The notes beneath the pieces were generated by a model. It was given only the letters and a program-made list of their open reading frames with translations, had not been told where the DNA came from and made no database searches. From Alphaproteobacteria bacterium (GTDB lineage Bacteria > Pseudomonadota > Alphaproteobacteria > Bin95): a DNA stretch of 64,000 nucleotides. Position 1 is the first letter of the stretch, and every line of letters begins with the position of its first letter. The DNA is taken from assembly GCA_963665325.3 (NCBI GenBank), contig OZ224045.1, forward strand, positions 1,568,001 through 1,632,000, read 5' to 3'. Of the stretch, positions 9,718 through 18,437 are shown piece by piece. The translations under genes and the position numbers were made by a program.

Positions 9718-10779
9718 ATGAAACGCCGCTTCTTTGGACTCCCGCTAGTCGCCGCGTTCGCCTCGTTCGCCACGCTGCCGGCCGCGGCGGCGCCCGAGGT
9801 CGTGACCGACATTCCTCCCGTCCAGTCGCTTGCGGCCCGCGTTATGCAGGGCGTGGGCGCGCCGGCGTCGATCCTGCCGCCGGGCGCCACGCCGCACGGC
9901 TATTCGATGCGGCCCTCCGAGGCGGCCCGACTGGAAGCGGCCGATATCGTGTTCTGGGTGGGCGAGGGGCTGACGCCCTGGCTCGAAAACGCGATCGGGA
10001 GCCTCGCCGCGGACGCGGTGTCGGTCGAGTTGATGGAGGCGCCGGGGGTGGCGCTGCTGGAGTTCGGCGAAGAGGGGCATGCGGACCATGACGACGACCA
10101 CGGCCGCAAGGACGAGCATGCCCACGAGGACGACGACCGCAAGGACGAGCATGCGCACAAGGACGACGACCACAAGGACGAACACGCACACAAGGAGGAC
10201 GACGACCACAAGGACGAGCATGCCCACAAGGAAGAGGACGGCCACGAGCACCATGGCGACATGGACCCGCATATCTGGCTCGACCCCGCCAACGGCAAGG
10301 CCATGCTCGCGGAAATGGCCGCGCGCCTGGCCGAGATCGACCCAGCCAATGCAGACGCCTACAAGGCGAATGCCGCGGCCGGGGCGGCGGAGCTCGATGC
10401 GCTGGCGGCGCGGGTGGAAGCCATCGTGGCGCCCGTGCGCGGCAAGGCGTTTTTCACCGCCCACGACGCCTACCACTACTTCGAGCACCGCTTCGAGATC
10501 GAGTCGGAGGGTTCGGTGGCGCTCTCGGACGCCGCGCCGCCGGGTCCGGCGCGGCTCCACGATATCCGCAGCGAGATGCGCGAACACGGCGCCCTTTGCG
10601 TGTTCATCGAACCGCAGCTCGATCCGAAGCTGGCGCAGACGGCGGCCGAGGGCACGGGCGCGCGCGTCGCCGCGCTCGACCCGTTGGGTGCGGATCTCGA
10701 AGCCGGCCCGGGGCTCTATCCTGCGCTGATCGAGAACCTGGCCCGCAGCCTCGCAGACTGCCTCGGCGGCGTTCAGTAG
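9718..10779 (+). CDS. znuA: Zinc ABC transporter substrate-binding protein with His/Asp-rich loop
   Basis: Signal peptide, TPHGY, DPHIWLDP, HDAYHYF. Confidence 0.93.
   Translation: MKRRFFGLPLVAAFASFATLPAAAAPEVVTDIPPVQSLAARVMQGVGAPASILPPGATPHGYSMRPSEAARLEAADIVFWVGEGLTPWLENAIGSLAADAVSVELMEAPGVALLEFGEEGHADHDDDHGRKDEHAHEDDDRKDEHAHKDDDHKDEHAHKEDDDHKDEHAHKEEDGHEHHGDMDPHIWLDPANGKAMLAEMAARLAEIDPANADAYKANAAAGAAELDALAARVEAIVAPVRGKAFFTAHDAYHYFEHRFEIESEGSVALSDAAPPGPARLHDIRSEMREHGALCVFIEPQLDPKLAQTAAEGTGARVAALDPLGADLEAGPGLYPALIENLARSLADCLGGVQ
10090..10255 (+). repeat. Imperfect 33-36 bp tandem repeats encoding (DDDHKDEHAHK)n in znuA
   Basis: About four units of gacgaccacaaggacgagcatgcccacaag-like sequence. 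Confidence 0.8.
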
Positions 10780-11840
10780 GAGAAGGGCCAGGTGCGGAGC
10801 CAGTTGCGCGCGCGGCGCCAGAGCGCGGCAAGGCCCTCGGGCTCCAGCACCAGGAAGACGAGGATCAGGAGGCCGAAGGTCATCTGTCTCACTTGGGCGA
10901 CCGCCTGCGCCATGTAGGCGAGGTCCACGAACCAGGCGCCGACGGTGGTCATGGCGAGGAACACGAAGCGCGGCACGAGGCTGAGGAAGGCGAGCCCCAG
11001 CAGCGCGCCCCACACGCTGCCGAGCCCGCCGATGATGTTGATGGCGAGGTAGTAGATGGAAATCGCAAAGGTATATTGCTGGTAGTTGGCGACGCCCAGA
11101 TAGTAGGTGAACAGCACGCCTGCCACGCCGCCATAGGCCGCCGAGAGCGCGAAGGCGGCGAGCTTCACACGGGCGACGTCCACGCCCATGAGGGAAGCCG
11201 CAGTCTCGTGTTCGCGCACCGCGACCATGGCACGGCCGAGGCGCGAGCGGCCGAGATTGAGCGCCGCCAGCAGCCCGGCAACCGCGACCGCCATGACGAA
11301 CAGGTAGAGCTCCGCCGCGCTGTCGAGCCGGATGCCGAAGAGTTCCGGGCGCGGCACATGGATCGAGGCCTGGATGCCGCCGCTGATCGCCGGCGTGCGG
11401 TTGATGATCCATTCGATGACCAGCTGGGCTGCGAGGGTGGAGATCGCCAGGTAGAAGCCGCGGATGCGCAGCGAGGGCAGGCCGACGACGATGCCGATCA
11501 GCGCCGCCATCGCCGCGCCTGCCGGCAGGGTAAGCCAGAACGGCAGGTCGAACCGCACGGCAAGATTGGCGGCCGTGTAGGCGCCGACGGACATGAACGC
11601 GCCGTGGCCGAGCGAGATCTGCCCCGCATAGCCGAGCAGGACGGTAAGCCCAAGGGCGCCCACCAGGTTGATCGCATTGAGCGTGAGCACCGCCAGCAGG
11701 TGCTCGCTGCCGAGGAGCGGCACGGGCACGAACAGGAGGAACAGCGAAGCCCACACGGTCCGGCGTACGGCCGGATGCGGGAAGAGCGCCATGTCGGCGC
11801 GGTAACTGGTCTTGTAATGGCCGGATTCGCGGAGGAACAT
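10773..11840 (-). CDS. Branched-chain amino acid ABC permease (LivM-like), stand-alone
   Basis: GYAGQISLGHGAF, GFYLAISTLA, IIGGLGS. Confidence 0.88.
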   Translation of the reverse strand: MFLRESGHYKTSYRADMALFPHPAVRRTVWASLFLLFVPVPLLGSEHLLAVLTLNAINLVGALGLTVLLGYAGQISLGHGAFMSVGAYTAANLAVRFDLPFWLTLPAGAAMAALIGIVVGLPSLRIRGFYLAISTLAAQLVIEWIINRTPAISGGIQASIHVPRPELFGIRLDSAAELYLFVMAVAVAGLLAALNLGRSRLGRAMVAVREHETAASLMGVDVARVKLAAFALSAAYGGVAGVLFTYYLGVANYQQYTFAISIYYLAINIIGGLGSVWGALLGLAFLSLVPRFVFLAMTTVGAWFVDLAYMAQAVAQVRQMTFGLLILVFLVLEPEGLAALWRRARNWLRTWPFSY

Positions 11841-11880
11841 GCCCGCCCGATGGGACAACGAAGCAACAGGTGAGCAAAGC

Positions 11881-12288
11881 ATGAAACTCAAGCGCGTGGA
11901 ACATGTCGCCGTAGCAGTGCACGACATGCAGGCATCGATGAAGATGCTGGAGGAGACGCTCGGTCTTGAACTCGACTATGAGGAGCGTATCGGCGACACG
12001 CGGCTCGCCATGTATCCGGTGGGCGAGACCAGCATCGAACTGCTTCAGGCCGAAGGCCCGGCCTCGCAGGTGAACGAGTGGATCGAGGGCAACGGCCAGA
12101 GCATCTACCATCTCTGCTTCGAGGTGGACGATATCGACGCCGCGCTTGCGGAGCTAAAGGAGAAGGGTGTCAAGCTCATCGACGAGACGCCGCGCACCGG
12201 CCATGGCGGCAGCCGCATCGCCTTCCTCGATCCGGCGTCGACCGGGAATATCGTGATCGAACTGGCCGAACTGCCGGCGGGGCACTAA
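11881..12288 (+). CDS. VOC-family protein (methylmalonyl-CoA epimerase-like)
   Basis: EHVAVAV, IELL, HLCFEVDDI, IAFLDP...IEL. Confidence 0.8.
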   Translation: MKLKRVEHVAVAVHDMQASMKMLEETLGLELDYEERIGDTRLAMYPVGETSIELLQAEGPASQVNEWIEGNGQSIYHLCFEVDDIDAALAELKEKGVKLIDETPRTGHGGSRIAFLDPASTGNIVIELAELPAGH

Positions 12289-13883
12289 CCCAGCACGCCC
12301 TCGCGGCGGCGGAGGAGTTGGCCGGGGAGGGCGCCGGTGTGCTCGCCGCGGTGGATCGCGACCCGGCCGTTGACGATCACCGTCTCCACGCCCGCCGGAT
12401 AGGTGTGCGGCTCGTCGAAGGTGGCTTCGTCCCGGATCGTCTCCGCGTCGAACAGCACGACATCGGCGGCCCAGCCTTCGCGCAGCAGGCCGCGGTCCGC
12501 CATCCCCAGCGCCGCGGCGGCGTTGCCGGTCATCTTGGCGACGGCCTGCGGCAGGCTCAGCAGCCCCTGCTCGCGGGCATAGCGTCCGAGCACGCGCGGG
12601 AAGGTGCCGTAGAGCCTCGGATGCGGCTTGCCCTGCGAGGTGACGCCATAGGGCGCGACGCAGGGGCCGTCCGAGCCGACCGTCATGGAAGGCTCGGCTG
12701 CGATGCGCCGCACGTCCTCCTCCGACATGCTGCGCACCAGGATGCGCGTCCCGCCCCGGTCCTCGACGACGATGTCGAACACCGCCTCCAGCGGGTCGCA
12801 ATCGCGCTCGGCCGCAATCTCGGCGATCGTCTTGCCGGGCTCGACGGCGCCGGGTGAGTTGGCGATGCGGATGTCGTCCCAGCTTTCGATATGGCCGAAA
12901 TTGTTGAAGCCGACCTCGGCGATCTTCTGGCGCACGCGCGAGCGGGTCTCGGGATCGACAAGCCGCTCCAGCATCGCGTCGATGCCGCCTTCCTGCAGCC
13001 AGACCGGCAGCAGGAAGCGCAGCGGGTTGGTCGCCCAGTCATAGGGATACTGGTCGCAGTGCACGTCCACTCCCCGCGCGCGCGCCTCGGTAAACTGTGA
13101 GAGCAGCTTGTCCGCCTCGCCCCAGCGGCCGGTGCCGGACAGCTTGAGGTGCGCCACCTGGACATGGATGCCGCATTGCTCGCCGACGTCTATGGCTTCC
13201 GCTACCGCCTCATGCACCTCGTGGCTCTCGTCGCGCACATGGCTCGAATAGCGCCCGCCATACGCCTTCACCACGCGGGCGAGGGCCAGCACTTCCTCCG
13301 GCTTCGCGTAGCAGCCGGGCGCGGTGAACAGGCCGGAGGAAAGCCCGAGCGCGCCGGCCTCCAGCGCCTCGGCCAGCATCTCCTGCATGTGCCGGAGCTC
13401 CCCGTCGGAGGGGTCGCGGTCCTCCATGCCCATCGCCATGAGCCGCAGCGTGTTGTGCCCGGCCTGCATGACCGTGTTCAGCGAGAGGTCCGGCCAGGTC
13501 TCCATGTAGCTGGCGAAGTCCGTCTCCTCGAAGGGCAACCAGGGGGCGCTTGCAGCGAGGTAGTCCCGCAGCATCTCCACCTTGCCGGGCAGGACGGGGG
13601 CGACGGAGAAGCCGCAATTGCCCACTACCTCGGTCGTCACGCCCTGACGGATCTTGCATTCCGCCTTCGGGTTGAGCGGCAGGGTGAAGTCCGAGTGGGT
13701 GTGGATGTCGATGAAGCCGGGCGCGACGATGCGGCCCTCTGCGTCGATCACCGTCTCCGCGCTGCCGGAGTAGTCCTTCTCGATGGCCGCGATGCGCCCG
13801 TCGCGGATCGCCACATCGGCCGTGCGTCCCGGCGCTCCGGTCCCGTCCACGACCTCGCCGCCCCTGATGAGAATATCGTCCAT
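12285..13883 (-). CDS. N-acyl-D-amino-acid deacylase
   Basis: PGFIDIHTHSD, GNCG, HPRLYGTFPRVL. Confidence 0.9.
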   Translation of the reverse strand: MDDILIRGGEVVDGTGAPGRTADVAIRDGRIAAIEKDYSGSAETVIDAEGRIVAPGFIDIHTHSDFTLPLNPKAECKIRQGVTTEVVGNCGFSVAPVLPGKVEMLRDYLAASAPWLPFEETDFASYMETWPDLSLNTVMQAGHNTLRLMAMGMEDRDPSDGELRHMQEMLAEALEAGALGLSSGLFTAPGCYAKPEEVLALARVVKAYGGRYSSHVRDESHEVHEAVAEAIDVGEQCGIHVQVAHLKLSGTGRWGEADKLLSQFTEARARGVDVHCDQYPYDWATNPLRFLLPVWLQEGGIDAMLERLVDPETRSRVRQKIAEVGFNNFGHIESWDDIRIANSPGAVEPGKTIAEIAAERDCDPLEAVFDIVVEDRGGTRILVRSMSEEDVRRIAAEPSMTVGSDGPCVAPYGVTSQGKPHPRLYGTFPRVLGRYAREQGLLSLPQAVAKMTGNAAAALGMADRGLLREGWAADVVLFDAETIRDEATFDEPHTYPAGVETVIVNGRVAIHRGEHTGALPGQLLRRREGVLG

Positions 13884-13941
13884 CGCGGCGTCCTCCCGAA
13901 ATCGCAAGCGTCAAGCGGTAGAGTAGCGCAATTAGGTGCGG

Positions 13942-14700
13942 TCAGGCGGCCGCCAGGTGGAGCCAGCCGGAACAGGCCATGTAGGCTCCGACGAGCAGGA
14001 TCAGCGCGCCGGACACATAGGGGGCCGAAGCGAGCAACCGGTCCGGCGCCGAAAACCGCTTCGATGCGTAGCGGAGCCCGAAGACGGCGGCCATGCCGAC
14101 GCAGACCAGCGTCGCTGCCAGGCCGACCGAAAACGATGCGACCATGCCGACGCCGAGCCAGAACTGCCCGATCCCGAGACAGAGCAGCAGCACGGTGATC
14201 GCCGCAGGACACGGAATAAGGCCGCCGACCAGCCCGAAGCCGACGGTCTGCAGACCGGTTGCCCTGCCGCCCGCGAACCGGGCCTCGATCTCGCGGGCAT
14301 GGCCGCGGGCATGGGCGTCCTCGTCGCGATCGTGGCCGCGATGCCTCCGGCGTGCGCGGGCGCGCCGGAACGCCTGCCAGAGCATGAAGACGCCGACGGC
14401 GATGACGACCGCTCCGGAGCCCGCGACGAACCAGGGCTCCAGCGTCTCACCGATCGCCTCGTCCCCCCAGGTGAGCGCCAGCACGGCCAGCACCCACACG
14501 ATAATGCTGTGCGAGAACGCGGCGGAGACCCCGAGCAGGACGGCCTGAGCCGGCGTCCCGCGCACGGCGACGATGAAGGCGGCCATCATGGTCTTGGAAT
14601 GGCCCGGCTCGAGGCCGTGAAGCGAGCCCAGCACCAGGCCGATGGCGGCCAGATACAGGAACGATGTCGAACCTTCCTGGATCAGGGAAATGAGGTCCAT
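13942..14700 (-). CDS. rcnA: Nickel/cobalt efflux transporter RcnA-like
   Basis: HGLEPGHSKTMMAAF, GGLIPCPAA. Confidence 0.88.
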   Translation of the reverse strand: MDLISLIQEGSTSFLYLAAIGLVLGSLHGLEPGHSKTMMAAFIVAVRGTPAQAVLLGVSAAFSHSIIVWVLAVLALTWGDEAIGETLEPWFVAGSGAVVIAVGVFMLWQAFRRARARRRHRGHDRDEDAHARGHAREIEARFAGGRATGLQTVGFGLVGGLIPCPAAITVLLLCLGIGQFWLGVGMVASFSVGLAATLVCVGMAAVFGLRYASKRFSAPDRLLASAPYVSGALILLVGAYMACSGWLHLAAA

Positions 14701-14772
14701 GGGGCCGGCTCCTCGGCCCCGAAATAGTCGGCAATCCGTCCGGAATGCGCAAGAACGGCGGTCGGCGCCGAT

Positions 14773-16215
14773 TCAGGCGGTCTCGCGAACCAGCGCAGGT
14801 TTCCGGTCGAACCAGGGCCGCGCGGCTTCTAGCTGGGCGGAAAACCGGAAGAGCGTCGCCTCGTCCCCGTATGGCGCGACCGCCTGCACCGCGACCGGCA
14901 GGCCGTCGGCGTTCGTGCCTATGGGCAGCATGACCGCCGGCTGGCCGGTGATGTTGAACCAGACCGTGAAGGGCGAGAAGTGGAAGACGCGGCGCCAGTA
15001 TTCGTCCACATCGTCCATCGTCATGTCGAGCCAGCCGAGCTTCACTGCCGTGCCGGTCGCCAGCCCCGGCGTCAGCAGGATGTCGTAGTCCGAGTGGAAG
15101 GCGGCCATCTGCCGGCCGAGCCGGTGCATGGTCTGCGTTGCGCGCACATAGTCGGCGCCGCTGACCTGCTCGGCCATTTTCGCCGAGAGCCAGGTGATGC
15201 GCTCGACCTCGTCCTCGCGGGCCGCGCGGCCGGCGGTCGGGTGGCTCGCGAGGTTGACCGCGGTGTTGGCCGCCATGAGGGTGAGGAAGGTCGGCACCAC
15301 CGCCTCGCCGTCGATGGCGGGGTCGGCCTCCTCCACCCGGTGCCCCAGGTCGGCAGCCAGGCTTGCCGTTTCCTCCAGCACGCGGAGCGCGTCCGCCCCG
15401 ACCTCGGCACCGTTCGGCGTCCGGGTGGTAAAGGCGATGCGCAGGCTGCCCGGATCGGCGCCGGCCTCGTCCAGGAACGGACGGGCCGGCGGGGCGGCGC
15501 TGTAGGGGTCGCCGGCGCCCGGTCCGCATGTGGCGTCCAGGAGGGCGGCACTGTCGCGGACGGTGAGCGTGACGGCGTGTTCGGTGGAAAGGCCGCCCAG
15601 CCCCTCGCCCATGAAGGGCGCCATGGTGTTGCGGTTGCGGGTGGGCTTCAGGCCGACAAGGCCGCAGCAGGCCGCCGGGGCGCGGATCGAGCCGAAGCCG
15701 TCCGAGGCGTGCGCCGCCGGCAGCATGCGCGCGCCGACGGCCGCGGCCGCCCCGCCGCTGGAGCCGCCGGATATGCGTGTCGTGTCCCAGGGGTTCTTCG
15801 TGGCCCCGTGCAATTGCGGCTCGCAGGTGAGGCTGAGCCCGAGTTCGCAGGTGTTGGTCCGCCCGAAGACCACCACGCCCGCGCGCTTCAGCCGCCTGAC
15901 GAGCTCACTGTCCTCCGCCGGCACGACGTCCTCGAAGAATTTGCAGCCCCGCGTGGTCGGGCAACCCGCCAGCGAGGCGCTCAAATCCTTCAGCAGATAG
16001 GGCACGCCTTTGAGCGGCCCGTCGGGCAGGCCCTCGGCGATGGCTTGGCGGCCGTAGTCGTAGAGCCGGTTGGTGACCGCATTGACAGCCCCGTTGCGCG
16101 CCTCGACCCGCTCGATAGCGGCCTCCAGCAGCTCATCCGGCGCGGTCTCGCCGCTTGCGACGAGCGCAGCCAGCCCGACCGCATCGTGGTCTTCGTAATC
16201 CGCAAAAGCCGTCAT
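14773..16215 (-). CDS. Amidase (signature family)
   Basis: GVPYLLKD, GGSSGG, SDGFGSIRAPA. Confidence 0.92.
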   Translation of the reverse strand: MTAFADYEDHDAVGLAALVASGETAPDELLEAAIERVEARNGAVNAVTNRLYDYGRQAIAEGLPDGPLKGVPYLLKDLSASLAGCPTTRGCKFFEDVVPAEDSELVRRLKRAGVVVFGRTNTCELGLSLTCEPQLHGATKNPWDTTRISGGSSGGAAAAVGARMLPAAHASDGFGSIRAPAACCGLVGLKPTRNRNTMAPFMGEGLGGLSTEHAVTLTVRDSAALLDATCGPGAGDPYSAAPPARPFLDEAGADPGSLRIAFTTRTPNGAEVGADALRVLEETASLAADLGHRVEEADPAIDGEAVVPTFLTLMAANTAVNLASHPTAGRAAREDEVERITWLSAKMAEQVSGADYVRATQTMHRLGRQMAAFHSDYDILLTPGLATGTAVKLGWLDMTMDDVDEYWRRVFHFSPFTVWFNITGQPAVMLPIGTNADGLPVAVQAVAPYGDEATLFRFSAQLEAARPWFDRKPALVRETA

Positions 16216-16234
16216 TGCGACCTCCCTCCGATAT

Positions 16235-16760
16235 GTGTCCGATCCCCGGTTCTGGCAGAAGCTGGATAGCGCGGCTGCCGGGACCCCTGCAAAGTGTCAT
16301 GATATGTCATGTTCTGTCATGGTTCCCATGCGGATGCCGCTTGCACGACCGCCCGTTCGGGCCTGGAGCCGCCGTTCCGGGCAGGGGTTCCGGGTATTCC
16401 GTCCGGTTTCCCCGGCTTCGCGTCTTCGGCATGGGTCCCTCCCTCCAATCCCTCTTCGTTCCGTTCGTCCCGCCGGCTCGCCCAAGCGGCGGGACCCTGT
16501 ATCGCGCGTATCGCGCGCGCGCCGGCCCGCGTTTGCGCCGGCGCGGTTCGCGCGCCTGATTGCGCCTGCGCGCGCGTGAACCAGGCAAGTGCAAGACACA
16601 CGTCTCCCGTCAGCTTCTCGGGTGTCTTTTCGCGACGGCGCCGGCGCGAACGGCGGAGCGGCTCCCGGGATGCCGCTGCCTCCGGTCCCATTCTAGCACA
16701 GGTATTTCAGGGTCAAGCCAGATTCGGGAATTATTTCAAATTTCAGTGAACAAATTCTCG
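16235..16760. other. Unexplained non-coding element (possible repeat/MITE, long leader or ncRNA)
   Basis: No credible ORF; TGTCATG x3 at 10-bp period; CG-rich palindromic runs; promoter-like motif at its right end. Confidence 0.45.
16690..16716 (-). promoter_or_regulatory. Putative sigma70 promoter TTGACC-N15-TAGAAT with extended -10 (TG)
   Basis: Minus strand reads cTTGACCctgaaatacctgTGcTAGAATgg. Confidence 0.5.
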
Positions 16761-16788
16761 ATTCCGGCTATACCTCGGCCCGGCACGG

Positions 16789-17046
16789 TCATCGCCGGCG
16801 CTGCGCCTGCACATAGCTTTCGAGCACGCGGTTGATCCGGGTCTGGTACCCTTTGCCGGGCGCGCGAAAATAGTCCAGCACCGAACGCCTGATGCGCATG
16901 GTGACCTGCTCCGTGCGGTCAGGCGGGGCGAATTCGGCTTCGCGCCAGAAGTCCGCGTCCAGTTCCGGGATGTCGTCGAAGTCGATCTCCGCATCCTTGA
17001 CGGACGCGATCTCAGCCGGCGTCAGGGGTCTTGTGTAACCGCTCAT
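16789..17046 (-). CDS. BrnA-family antitoxin (orphan)
   Basis: IDFDDIPELDADFW...VTMRI...VLDYFR..GKGYQTRINRVL. Confidence 0.88.
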   Translation of the reverse strand: MSGYTRPLTPAEIASVKDAEIDFDDIPELDADFWREAEFAPPDRTEQVTMRIRRSVLDYFRAPGKGYQTRINRVLESYVQAQRRR

Positions 17047-17070
17047 CGTAAGCCTGCCTTTCATTCCGCA

Positions 17071-17254
17071 TTACGCCCCCGCCAGGATCATCTCCGCGGC
17101 TTTCTCGCCGATCATGATGGAGGGGGCGTTGGTGTTGCCGGAGGTGAGGGTGGGCATGATCGAGGCGTCGGCGACCCGCAGGCCCTCCATGCCGTGGACG
17201 CGGAGCCGGTCATCGACCATGGCCATCGGGTCCGGGCCCATCTTGCAGGTGCCG
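17071..17254 (-). repeat. Diverged duplicate of the 3' end of the GMC oxidoreductase gene (18438-18621)
   Basis: About 184 bp with about 8 mismatches; encodes [10 protein letters not shown]...EMILAGA*. Confidence 0.95.
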
Positions 17255-17416
17255 CCCCATGACGGCCGGAGGGCGTTCGTGGAATGGAGCGTCGACAGAG
17301 GAGCATGCCCAGCTCAGCCTAGGTTGAACGCAGCTCGAACTATTGCCTTGACACTGCCCTTCCCAAGAGAAGAGAATATATATGTGATTTATTGAGAAAG
17401 AAAGAGGAAGTATTCA

Positions 17417-18157
17417 ATGGCACTTTCTCCGGTCACTGTTGGCTCGGCGCTTGCGGCACTAGCGCCTTTTGTGGAATATCTCCGACCGGCACGATCACCT
17501 TACCTTCTTGTAGTAATTTTCGGCATAATCGGCTTGGTCTCCTCAGCTGGTTTGTTTCATGAGAAATTTTGGAATCGGACAGAATATTATTTTCTGTTTG
17601 TTCCTTTAGCAATCGTGCTGGTTCTCCTCACCGTTTTCAGTTTCATGCATAGAATACAAACTGGAGCCAATCTATCCGATGAAGATGTAGATGAACAACT
17701 TAAGTTTTCTCGATCAATTTGCATTTCTTCAGCAATATTGTGTTTAGTGTTTGGTTGCTGGAGAGTTGCGGAATCGCTTTCATATTGGGTCTTTTACTTT
17801 CACTATATCGTTTGCACGGTGCAAATAATCGTGTTTACCATTTACTCTGCTGCTAGACTTCGATATGAGGAGCTTGTAACGTCTCTAAATCACTTCCAAA
17901 TAGCATTAGTTACTTCCGCTTATCTGGTAGCAGCTACGGTTTGTGTCGGTCTTGTAGAGCATGCGCGAGGATTCGAGAATGATGTATTTTACGTTGTACG
18001 TAACGTAGAAACCGGTGATGTGACCAGAAAATTGAACTATTTGAATTTGTTTTCATTAACTGCTTCTTTCTTTTATGGTCTCTGGCTTTGGTGTCAGATA
18101 TATTGGATAAGACGACTGGCAAAAATTGTGAACATTACGGTCAATCCTCCAGAGTAG
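17417..18157 (+). CDS. Hypothetical multi-pass membrane protein (AT-rich cargo)
   Basis: 246 aa with about 7 hydrophobic segments; GAGGA RBS; visibly AT-rich relative to flanks. Confidence 0.8.
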   Translation: MALSPVTVGSALAALAPFVEYLRPARSPYLLVVIFGIIGLVSSAGLFHEKFWNRTEYYFLFVPLAIVLVLLTVFSFMHRIQTGANLSDEDVDEQLKFSRSICISSAILCLVFGCWRVAESLSYWVFYFHYIVCTVQIIVFTIYSAARLRYEELVTSLNHFQIALVTSAYLVAATVCVGLVEHARGFENDVFYVVRNVETGDVTRKLNYLNLFSLTASFFYGLWLWCQIYWIRRLAKIVNITVNPPE

Positions 18158-18437
18158 CGAGACTATACATATATGTCTGCTTGAAATTTTGACGGAGTAT
18201 GCAGGCCGTCAAGCAATGCTTCGCTCGAAATTGGTCGAGCACGGCGACTCTTGCATTGCATCCTTCCTTCGGAGTCCACATCCGGTGATATGTGGCGTGG
18301 TCCAAGGTCCAAACATCGCCTGATATCTTCGCGACGTCTTTGGTGGAACCGGCAGGTCGAGACCGCCGGGAGTAGCGGCGGAACAGTAGTGGGAAGGACT
18401 GTAGAGCCTTTGATGCAACCGGGCGGAGCTGCTCCCC

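Noticed and set aside
18163-18437. Short ORFs in the right part of the AT-rich islet
   Set aside because: No recognisable motif or RBS; probably non-coding or decayed sequence.
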